DNA of 64,000 nt from Botryllus schlosseri. Its lineage: Eukaryota. How positions within the stretch are numbered: position 1 is the stretch's first letter; the number at the start of each line of letters is the position of its first letter. The position numbers were made by a program, and so were the translations under genes. Positions 53,943 through 64,000 of the stretch are shown in pieces. Location: contig CM119371.1 in NCBI GenBank assembly GCA_051294905.1, positions 310,001-374,000 of the forward strand. The letters are read 5' to 3'. The notes beneath the pieces were generated by a model. That model saw only the letters and a list, made by a program, of their open reading frames with translations, was not told the DNA's origin and ran no database searches.

Positions 53943-55662
53943 CTAGAACGACGTTGAAAGTAATTCCTCTTTAGAGGGGGCTGGTTCTGGTGCAATGCTG
54001 ACTGGATGCACACTTCTTGAAATGTTACTGGGAAAGTTGATGCCAGTGCAATTCTCAGTAGTTCGCCTCAAAAGCTCTCTCGCATAGTGGTTCGTCTTCT
54101 TTTCATACATGTTTTTCAAGATCCACTCTTTTGCTGACCGAGAGTAACATTTTTTGTATCGTGGAGCACCTGCTTAAACAAATAAAAAGTAAGTAGTATC
54201 GTGGAGCACCTGCTTAAACAAATAAAAAGTAAGTAACTAAGTACCTTGACTTGCAAACATTTCATCTGTACAGCAAACCTGCTCGTGTCACCGCCTGAAA
54301 TCTACCAACATTCTCATTGTGGTCCAGGACAGCCAATTTGGTTCGTGCAAGCATCGTGTCATAAGTAAAATGAAGACGTTTAGGTGCAAATTTCAATATG
54401 ACGTTGTGATAAACTTCCAATGATCCTAAAAAAGTAAGGTGTGAATTGTAATGATCTGACCATGCTCCGAAAACTGGTGTGCAGATGTGATGAGTCAAAA
54501 AATTACCAAAAAATTACCAGTATGTTTGAACAGAGTCATCTGCTCCAAATCCCGGATCAAACTTTTGTTTTCTATCAAAGATTTCAATGCTTTGAAACTA
54601 GGAGATCCACATTGCAACCATCTAGTTCTTAGGCACTGATCCCCAGTCAAAGTGCCATGGCTGCAGGAATATGTCTCCCCGTCAACTGTCCACTCATGTT
54701 CGCCGGTGATGTGATGCAGAAGAGATAACCATCTTCTTTTTAGCACCTGCAATTGCATATTGTTATATAAAAAGTTCCTAATTTGTGATGTCAGACATAG
54801 TTGATATGTAGACTTACACTGCTATCTTGACCACAATACTGACAGCACCACCACAAGTGATTAGTGATGCTTCTTGTCCATAGTAGCAAGTCTTCCATAC
54901 CTTTCTTCTTACCCAGAGACACCAACTTTTTTTTCAGTCCTGAGAAACGGTTAGTAAGGCAAAAGAAGATTCAAATAATAACAGTATTCAGTTACCTTTG
55001 CAGACATGCCACACATCAAACTGGTGATTGATTGATGGATATTTATCCTTCAACAATTTCCTGATGCTTGGTGCCCGGTCAGTCACAACGGTTTCAATCG
55101 GCAAACCTTGAGCAAGTAATGCATCCAAGGCACGCTCCATACCAACTTTTTCCATTGCAACACTGCTGGAGCACTCTGTTTTTTGAACCAATTCGACGTG
55201 GACAATCTTCTCAGTCTTCTCCTCCATAAATGAATAAACCATATATTTTGCAGAAAACCCAGGTGAGTCCGATCGCCCATCACCCATCAGTGTAATTGGT
55301 TTACATTGACCCTTCATGTCCCGTAAAACATCCTCCATATGTTCCTCATAGTAGGTCGCAATAGTTGGCAAAATGTATTGCGATTGTATTTCATAAAAAC
55401 GACGTTCCGAAATGTAGTTAGTGTCCAGTAATTTGAAAACATCTGCAATATCAGTGTACGTGGCTCCCGAATATATTGTCGCGCCAACAGTAGAAAGGTT
55501 CATTGCCGACATCTTTCTGATTTCTATCTTGGTCGACGAGATTCCTATGGCACTAAACCACTGTCGTCTTAGTGCAATTTCAGAAGGAATTTTATGAAGA
55601 GTATGCGATTCGTCATTCCTTTTGACATCACACGATGTAACGGCACAACTTCTCCATGTCAT
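53943..55662 (-). CDS. Kolobok DDE transposase, 5 exons (55662-54996, 54939-54818, 54746-54518, 54425-54279, 54169-53943), ~463 aa; THAP domain appears truncated
   Basis: All introns are GT-AG and phases join into an open frame. N-terminus is THAP-like (CAVTSC...LHKIP...RRQWFSAIG). Catalytic motifs GDGRSDSPGFSAKY, VVTDRAPSIRK, HQFDVWHVCK, NHLWWCC, HHITGEHEW and KHTG/SLEVYHNVILKFAPKR, then LAVLDHNEN. Confidence 0.88.
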
Positions 55663-56831
55663 TGCAGCTTGCTATAATGTCAATGTATATTCTATATACT
55701 ATTACGAAGACTCTGAGTAGAGCAAGACAATAACGTAGACAAGTGCTTTTCAACCTTTTTGAGCTCCATTCGTACTTTTTTTTTAAAAACAATTCAATTC
55801 GCACCAGCCAGCTGGAATTTATTACACAAAAAGAAAATGAAAAGCTTATCACTTTTTGTATTTGTAGACCTTCCTGTAGGTACAGAGCGTCATTATTTCA
55901 CATTTAGTGTATCGTATTGCTGATTAATCAAATACTAATATCACTGCAGTAGAAAATTCACAGATATCGCACTTCCGCTGTTCTCAAGGTCTTCGTTGCT
56001 TTTTCTGCGGGTATCGTGCAGTTATTTCTTTCGAAGCTTAAAGGGCGAACCCATGAACAATATTCACTCGCAACAATATCACTTTCCACTAAATCGACGT
56101 ATTATGTCAACGCTATATGAATGTGTGCCGAAATTCCAATACTTCGCATTCAAATCAACACTGGCATCGCACACTATTTCCTATAATGTAGGGTTATCAT
56201 ATTTTGGATTCGGGAAAGGAGGACGTTCGCACAAGTACGAACCGTCATACAGGTTGAAAAGCACTTTATTCTGTAGCCGTTTTTCAGAGAAACAGTAATT
56301 TCTTATCCACAACACGAATACCACCAGTCAGGGTTCCCCATGAACATGACAAAATTCATGACATTCAAAATTGGTGGTTCGGGTACTGTAGGAAAATTCA
56401 TCATCCCTAACCAAAATCCAACGGCACGCAAACCTAACCTGAGCCCACAACTCCGCAGCTGACCCTAAAACATATATAATATATTCATTATATTGTAATG
56501 TTACTAATCCCCAAGCCATAATTTTAAGATACTCTCAAACCCTCATCTTATGATTCTCCAACCTGAAGGCGAAACCAATTATGACCGCTCTGAATTTTGA
56601 AATGTTCAGAGGGCACACTAATTGGTGATGGTAATGTTTTATACATAACATAAGAATAGGACATGATCTATTCCTTCCCTCAAGAAATAGAATACACTAG
56701 GCCCGATTACTAGAAAAATCTAGTGACTGAATATCGTCCGTGGAACGCCGTATCTACACCACCTTGGCGTGTTAGACATATTTGCTTCAGAACATCGGCT
56801 GACTTCTATCTGAAGCTCGTCCTCTGCGTGA

Positions 56832-57047
56832 CTGCGTAATCGCGTCGAGCAAGTGCGACGATGAAGTCATCGTGCCATGTTACGGGTTAAGATATTATCC
56901 GGAGCCGCGACTGCTGCAACTCTGGAAATTTCAATAAATTGCAGCTCCATTACGGTGGCGTTCTGAAGAAAACGGCTGCGGCCAAAATTTTTTTTTCGTT
57001 CTACTCTTCAATTTGAGACCACATCATTTTTTGAGCGCAGTGCCCCT
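56832..57047 (-). repeat. Right TIR of the Kolobok (216 bp; degenerate extension to ~56762)
   Basis: Reverse complement of 48193-48408. Confidence 0.95.
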
Positions 57048-59058
57048 TTAAGGACTCTGCACAATTATTGATCTTCATACGCTCTCTGTCTCCAAATTTT
57101 GAGTTCTGCGAAGATCTGCTCTCAATGGAAACACTCTCCACCCGCACTCGTGGTGAAGACATATTTGGGACTGTTAAGAATGCTTGCATTCGCAATGGAT
57201 TAGACTTGAAAAATCTTCGCGGTATTTGTACAGATGGAGCACCTGCAATGCTAGGTAACACAAATGGCTTTGTGACAAGATTTTCAGAATTCGTGTCGAA
57301 AGAGTACGATAATAACCAGCTCACAAACCTTCATTGTATTATCCACCAAGAAGCCCTGAGTGTCAAATCTGTTGCCTTAAGTGACACTTTGAAAGACGTC
57401 AATCGCATCATCTTGTACATTCGTGCAAATGGTCTTCATCATAGGCAATTTCAAGAACTTCTGCAAGAGCGCGAAACGTCGGCAGAAGACATTCTCTACC
57501 ACGCTGCAGTTCGTTGGTTGTCCCAAGGAGACACATCTCGTCGTGTTCTACAGTTGCGAGAAGAAATACTGGAATTTTATTCCACAAAAAATAAAGACTG
57601 CCCCTTACAAAATGAGAGCTTTGTCATATATTTGGCGTTTCTTGTGGATTTTCTGTCCCATGTTAACATTTTAAACCGAAGCCTACAAGGAAAAAAGCAA
57701 CGATATGCACCATGTACAAAAAAGTATCGGATTTTCGTGACAAATGTCGTCTCCTTAAACTTCATATTCAGCAGCGTAATTTTTTCCATTTTACACAACT
57801 TAAGTCTCTCATCGACAGCTGCGAAATAAAGGTAGAAAAGATTCCGATCACTTTATTTTCGGGGATTTTTGATACTGTGTTGCAGGATTTCGCAGATCGT
57901 TTCAAAGATTTCCAAAAAATCTCACATACATTACGACTTGTTGCCTTTCCACACCTGGTGGAAACGGAAAGTGCTCCGCCACACCTTCAGATGGAGCTGT
58001 TGGAATTGAAGAATGATGAGCAGCTTGTGACAAAGTTCTAGTGCGAGGAAAATTTGATTGACACGTGGAAAATGGCCCATGAATATCCACTTTTGCGAGA
58101 ATTGGCTAGAGAAACTCTTGTTATTTTCGGAAGCACTTACGTGTGCGAGTCTGCCTTTTCGCAAATGAAATACATGAAAAACGAGTACCGAACTCGCTTG
58201 CTGAACGGAAACCTAGAGTCGCAACTAAGACTTATGGTGTCGCGTGAGGTTCCCAATTTTGCAAGTTTGTCATCTCGTATGCAAAATCAAGGAAGTCACT
58301 GATTTCAATGTTAGAGACTTTCCTTAAATAAATTCGTTTCAAAATATGTTTGGTATTTATTAGATATGATAAGATTAGTAGATATTAAGTTTTTAAACAA
58401 AACTAAAATGTCTTCCGAGGGCGGCCAAATGTCCTCGTAGGCAATTATACCGCGTCTTTGTGCTAGTGGATTGCACCAAAGTTGCGTGAAATGTGGATTT
58501 CGGCATTAGCGACGGCAATGGGTATGGCTGACTTTATCAACCCAATGACGTTAACGGGTATTTCGGGATTCAAAACGGAAGATTGAGATTTTTTTAGTCA
58601 ACTCACATATGGCTGGCGGCCGTATGGCGTCGAAGTATTCGAAATGCGGCCGTGGACGCCAAAAAGGTTGCCCACCTCTGACCTATACCTATACGCGTGC
58701 GAATAATTGAATACGCAATTTCGTCGGCGACGACGAACCAGTGCTTAAAACGCCCCAATAATTTGTAATCCGTCATTAGTAATCAGACAATCGAAGCAAC
58801 CTCGTTTACGACGTCAATTTCGACACGCTTGCGCTGAGATATACAATCTTTTCTCTCGACCAGACGAGCGAATTCACGTTCTCCTTCTCTTAATTAAATT
58901 GTATTTGCGCCCATTTTATTTACAAAATAATTCTTGAGTTAGTTCCGCGATAGTCTCTTTAATTAGAGGCTTGGAGCGCGAGAAGGACAGTGTGCTTGTG
59001 TATGCCTGCGAATTGAAAGTCATTCCTGCACAACGTGGGCATATCCATTACTCTAACT

Positions 59059-60737
59059 CAGTGGTTCTCAACCGGTGTGCCGCGGCACACTAGTGTGCCA
59101 ATTGGACTGCTCAGGTGTGCCGCGAGCAAATGTGGTAAACTATGTCGAAGTATAACAAAAATCCCAATTTTGAGTGTGTCATTGTTGTTGTTTTTTATTG
59201 AATTTACCCGATCAAGACACGCGATGCACAATCCGATGCAGTGAACAGACATAAGAATGCCGAGGCGACCGTAGTTACGGTATCTCAATCTGGTATTTCA
59301 ATCTGGCATCCCCATTAGGTCATGGATTGGGTCTTTCTCCGGGCTTTTTATTGTAAAGACGCTCTGAGCACAGCAACGCATAGGGGCGGATAATCTAATA
59401 AATCTGTAACGCTTTGTAACTTGCTACTGCACTATGCCATGAATCAAACTGGGGCCTCCACCGTCAATGGGTGTGATATGCTAGTTTGCCCACATAGTAG
59501 CATCAGTAGCATTTAGGACGTTGATGACTAAACTCGGGTAATTGGACCGTGATATTGAGATGAGGCCGAAGTGTTCACCATTTACTTGTCTACCATCAGA
59601 ACCGTAGACAGAACAGGGACATGACGCAGGTTGATGACCTTTTTATGTTTCTATTTGTAGTCGTATTCTTGCCATGTCTTCGTCATCGATGATCATTTTA
59701 CACCATGCCGATATTACATATTTTGATTCCTGACATGCCAACTTATAGCACGACCCACTTTTTGTAAGACACTGCTTTTGCAGATCGGAGGAGGAGTAGG
59801 AGCCTACTTAAACCTTCAACACCTAGGAAGGCATTCTCTCCATCAAGAAATGAACTCATTTGAAAGTGATGTTCACGTTTAAAAATTAGAATTGCCAACA
59901 TAGCCATTCACATTGCGATTGTTAGGTATAGCGTGCCAGCACAGCAGATAAAATGTAGGCTCAGTGCACAATGTTATGTTGCAGGCGACAAATTCGAGTA
60001 TTGAGAAGTAAAGTTGATCAAATTATATCAGTTACAAATTTCCCCGCCGCTGAGGTTTATTATCCCGATTTGTTGGAACTACGATTGAACTGGGGGTGGC
60101 TGCCAGTAAGACTATTGAGGTATACTATCCTCACAGGTGCTATTACACGATCTGCGTGGAAGTGCGTTTGGCATCCATGTATATTGTATAATACACCTCT
60201 GTATTTGTTAGTGGCGATCGTGATGGACTCTTCAACGCGACGGTTAATTACATCGACAATGCGGTAGTGGGCAGACTTTATTGTCAAGTCAATGTTATGA
60301 AATTAGGCTAAACCTGAAGTTTAAACGAGATCTCAGCAGGCCAGTTATATGGTAACAGAGGTAATAGCTGATAATTCAAAACCTCACACGGAAACGGAGA
60401 AAGCTCTTCTTCCGGCCTGCAATAAAGTTGTAAAAAAATGTTTGGGAATCATTGGAAACGATTCCCATGTCAAATGATACCATTCGTATACGTATTTGTG
60501 AGATGTCCGCAGAGATAAAAGAAAATTCAAGCAGAGAAACGGCTACTTGAGTGCTCCGAAAAGGTAGCAGTACTTCGTCAGTGACCGCCTCTGTTAAACT
60601 ATGGTTGCTGCTATACGCATTCTGGTAGTTTGCCTGTGCCACAAGTCAAAAGCGTTCGGAACCACTGTGCTAGTGTGCCGCGAACTATTTTTAATTTTCA
60701 AAGTGTGCCGCGAGATCAAAAAGGTTGAGAACCACTG
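59059..60737. mobile_element. Buster-type non-autonomous element
   Basis: 15-bp TIR CAGTGGTTCTCAACC, GTGTGCCGCG subterminal repeats, perfect TSD CTCTAACT. Confidence 0.92.
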
Positions 60738-61232
60738 CTCTAACTCAAGGCTTTGCCAACTTTTATCGGAAAATGTAACAATGCAGCTCAAACGTCGTTA
60801 TAATGAGCAAACAATGGTCGCGATGTCAGACTTGGAACCCCATTATGCTGCACGCAAGTTGAGGAATTACTGATTAGATGTGCGCTTTCTCGTTTGCTAT
60901 CATATGTTGAATTACGTTGTCAACTATATTGATGCAACACGATATTCTCGGTGGCGCGAATTCTGAATTTATTCGATTAGTTTGAACGGGAACCTTTTAT
61001 GTTCCAAAAAACTTAATTGCTGGACGGACTCCATCAAGCGCAACGATATCGCGGATCGAATTTCAATCCTTTTATGATATGTATTTCTATTGATAAGGTC
61101 GCGACATGCACCCGTATTGCTCTTGCTGCAATAACACGTGGATAATTAAAATAGCACCATTTTACGATCAAATTCGACTGGCTGATCCGGGCCTACGTGA
61201 TATTAAACAGCGCGTTGTCGGCATTAAAACCC

Positions 61233-62405
61233 CAGGTGCGCAGCCAGGAAGTTTCTCATTTATAACTAGAAATCCCGTCCATTTGAAATGCCAATTCCCT
61301 AATTCGTATTATCGATGCTGCGTACTGCAAATTATCGACAATCATTGGTATGCGAAATGGGTCATCGACATCTCCTCTTTCGGTGGTTTGATTTAGCGCG
61401 TCCACATGCAGGCCTGCTACCGTCCGCAGAAATACTTAAGCCAAACAGTAACAATCTTTGAGTGTAATATTGTTGGTGTTCAATGAACACTGTTCATGTA
61501 TCTTCATCTTGATTAAAACTTATGCCCGGGTCTGAACAAATTTTGCTCGTTGCCATCGCCGAATCTGGGTATTCAGGTATGACTAGCGCACCCTGTAATT
61601 TTAATTAATGCAGATTTGCGGCATGTCTTCAATTTCGTTATCAGCGCAACCATGTCGGCCGATTGTACACTGTACAGTGTACATGTACAGTCCGATAAAA
61701 GTGATACTACTATGTATTTCGCACAGCGTACTGATGCCGATTTCAGCTAGCCAACGATCCTTATTAGATGTACAAATTCGACTTCATCGTTAGAAACGTA
61801 GCTTTCATCGCGCGCTCTGAGAAAGATAATCTCCTATCGCGATTTGGCGACCAAATATACTTTCACCATTTACAAATCAAAGTGCATTATTTGCATCGAT
61901 GGGGGCTGCAAGCCGCGTTTAAAATATTTTGTGAACCATTTTTGTGATAAATATTCTTGTAGCGCAAAGTTGAACAGTGTTTTATTGTGTGTGCAGATGT
62001 GCCTGCTAGTTGGGATTTATACCCGTGCCCATAATATTAATCCAATAACGAGATACTCAATACCAAATAAAAAGCCATTGTGTTGGCGATAAGGGATGAT
62101 TACTGATTGACCGCGCGCGTTTGTAATCATAATTCCGGCCTGTCTTTCGTGTTCCAGAATTGTCGCGCCATATTACTGCTCAGTGTTCAGTCCAGCGACG
62201 AATGCCGAGCGCGCGGCAATCAATCACCTAATTTCGCAATAATCTCAGCGAAAGATCGGGTCGGGTTTCATTGTACGATAAGCGTGCAGTCCGTGTATAG
62301 ACGAATCTCTAATTGGTCGCGGCAGCATTAGAATGGTCATTTCAAATGGACGGGATTTTGCGTTTCAAAAGGAGGGTGTTTCGACACCCCCTGGCTACGC
62401 ACCTG
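61233..62405. mobile_element. Older non-autonomous DNA transposon with bipartite inverted ends
   Basis: CAGGTGCGYAGCCAGG at both ends plus an inverted AAATCCCGTCCATTTGAAATG block (~61270 and ~62338). No TSD recognised. Confidence 0.65.
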
Positions 62406-63244
62406 CCGTCACCACATGCAAAAATAAAAGTCGGTGCCTATGCAACCATATATGGGTGAATTAGCGGTGAAAGTTTTCGGCCGTACATCAACATCACGGG
62501 CTCACTGCCGAATTGCCTGGGTTATTATTCATTGTTTAGTTGTCACAATCCCAAATGTTATCATATTTGATTTGGCAAAGATTCTCATCCACTTCGTCGC
62601 TGTACTCACAGCGTATTTACAATAAAAAGACCCGTTCAAGGTCCAATCCAAGGAAGAGGTTGAAAAAAGCGAGGCAGATCGGACACTGACATTAGACTGA
62701 TTGGTCTGCCAGACTGAGAGACTTCAACTGACCGTTTCGACACCCGCTGACAACTGTTTATCGCATTGTAGGCTACCTAGTTCGTTTTGAGCGGATAAAA
62801 TAATAGAACTACTGTTTATGTCACACTCAGAATTTGGACCCCCTAATTTTTTGTCATACGTCGACTTGATTATTACTAGGGCACCCCTGAGCAGTCTGGC
62901 ACCGGTTGCGGACCAGTTCTAGCGTAGTGAATGCGACTCAGTTTACACGAGTCATAAATTTGTTATATATCACATACAAGTACCGAGAGCTATAGTTTTT
63001 CAGAAAATTTCCGACAAACAAAGCTATGTGGTATCATGAGATTTATATGGCATCCAAGCTTAGAAAGGCTACTTCGCTATAATAAAGTATGGTTCCGCCT
63101 TATAGTTCGAGATTGATGTAAAATAATGGGCAGGAAAGCTGGGAGTAGAGGAGTCCCATGAAGAAAAAAAACTACAAATCTTCACTATACTCTGTTATTT
63201 TGCACAAATGAAATTTTAATACATGCTATACCAGTAGTCGGGAA

Positions 63245-63760
63245 TAGGGCTGGGCATTATGATTCGAGTACTCGAATCTGAATCGAGTATTAATTGTCAT
63301 GATTCGAGTCGAGTAGTAAAAGACGATATTTTCGAGTACTGGAATTATACGCTCCTCGCCACTAGAAGTTTATTTATCAAAGAGGATTATAGTTTTGACA
63401 GTAATTTTCACTGGTGAAGCCTTGAAACCTTGATTGGCCGTATCGTAGCATACGAAACATATAGTACAAAGCTACGAAGTTGCTGGAACTAGCAGCTTTT
63501 CGAAGTCAGCATCGTCTCGCAACATTGCCACCAAGTGCAATACAATCTGTATGGTCGAAAAAATACCAAAATATCTTTAATGTGATGGATAACAGGCATT
63601 ATATTCTTTGCGGTAGCATAAAAGGTACATATTTAAACTTTCACACATCGCGTTATGTTATGACGTCATAATGAGTGATACTCGATTACTCGACTCGACT
63701 CGAAGCATATCACGTGATTCAGAATCGAATCACTCAGGTACTCGATTTTGCCCAGCCCTA
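63245..63760. mobile_element. hAT-type MITE with TCGAGTA repeats
   Basis: TIR TAGGGCTGGGC and perfect TSD GTCGGGAA. Confidence 0.92.
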
Positions 63761-64000
63761 GTCGGGAACCATATTGACCCAATATTTTCAAATGTGACTC
63801 CCAAATAGCCATTATTGTATCTAAATATTGATCGACTTCTCCATTATTCGACTAACAAAACGTTGCGCTACACACCTACATTTTAACGGCGGTATACTAG
63901 AAAGCTATAACCTACCAATCAAGAACATGGATAGCTATATGGTGTTGTTTTTAATTTGAATTTCTAATTGTGAATGTCACTTTCAAGGCAGTTCATTCCT

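Larger units (their letters stand above)
48193..57047. mobile_element. Kolobok-superfamily DNA transposon with long TIRs (about 5.08 kb once the nested hAT is removed)
   Basis: TTAA on both sides (48189-48192, 57048-57051) and termini AGGGGCACTGCGCTC...GAGCGCAGTGCCCCT. Contains a THAP-DDE transposase and a convergent KolX-like gene. Removing the element and one TTAA restores the reading DESTDIKDSAQLLIFIR of the flanking hAT transposase. TTAA TSD, RR termini and the two-gene layout are established Kolobok hallmarks. Confidence 0.93.
48058..58302 (+). pseudogene. GTF2IRD2/SPIN-like hAT transposase pseudogene (pieces ~48058-48192 and 57052-58302)
   Basis: LSRRTIQRR...FSLAIDESTDIK|DSAQLLIFIR...CTDGAPAMLG...HCIIHQEAL...VRWLS...LAFLVD...FGSTYVCESAFSQMKYMKNEYRTRL. 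Frameshift near 57690-57712 and premature TAG at 58039-58041. Confidence 0.9.
48058..58680 (+). mobile_element. Decayed Buster/Charlie-type hAT element (5' part missing), interrupted by the Kolobok
   Basis: Transposase remnant on both sides of the Kolobok. Right terminus ...AAAAAGGTTGCCCACCTCTG ends at 58680, followed by accTAtac (nnnTAnnn type). No matching left end was found. Confidence 0.8.

Noticed and set aside
55850..56800. Third gene in the Kolobok right arm (a CDIC-containing reading on the minus strand near 55960)
   Set aside because: Multiple stops and no coherent motif. More likely promoter/5'UTR sequence with decayed repeats.
48193..57047. piggyBac (because of TTAA) or KolobokP-type long direct repeats
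   Set aside because: Ends are AGG...CCT rather than piggyBac CCC/YY...GGG, the transposase motifs are Kolobok-like, and the long terminal repeats are inverted, not direct.
59300..60600. Transposase remnant inside 59059-60737
   Set aside because: Only faint motif echoes (e.g. YGSDG on the minus strand). Too degenerate to call without BLASTx.

Overview
AT-rich (roughly 35-40% GC by eye) animal genomic DNA with spliceosomal GT-AG introns. An invertebrate, possibly an ascidian, is a weak guess. No prokaryotic operons, rRNA, tRNA or CRISPR were seen. The window is dominated by cut-and-paste DNA transposons: more than 20 non-autonomous hAT-type elements/MITEs, most with readable 8-bp TSDs and often nested 2-3 deep. 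The main structure is a three-level nest at ~48.06-58.68 kb. (1) A decayed, 5'-truncated Buster/Charlie (GTF2IRD2/SPIN-like) hAT transposase is split just after its DESTD motif by (2) an 8.86-kb Kolobok element (48193-57047; TTAA TSD, AGG...CCT ends, 216-bp near-perfect TIRs). The Kolobok carries a 5-exon THAP-DDE transposase gene and a convergent 3-exon KolX gene, whose product resembles the Cys-rich cytoplasmic 'ballast' tail of the P2X7 receptor. (3) Inside the Kolobok is a 3.77-kb Ac-type hAT element (48819-52585; 20-bp TIRs, perfect GTCGTAAC TSD) with an apparently intact 8-exon, 686-aa BED-finger transposase. Only fragments of host genes are visible (minus-strand exons at ~4-5.8 kb and ~45.7-48.1 kb), plus an isolated DUF4806-like exon at 12.0 kb. 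Exon models and alignments were read by eye and family names come from motif recognition, not database searches.
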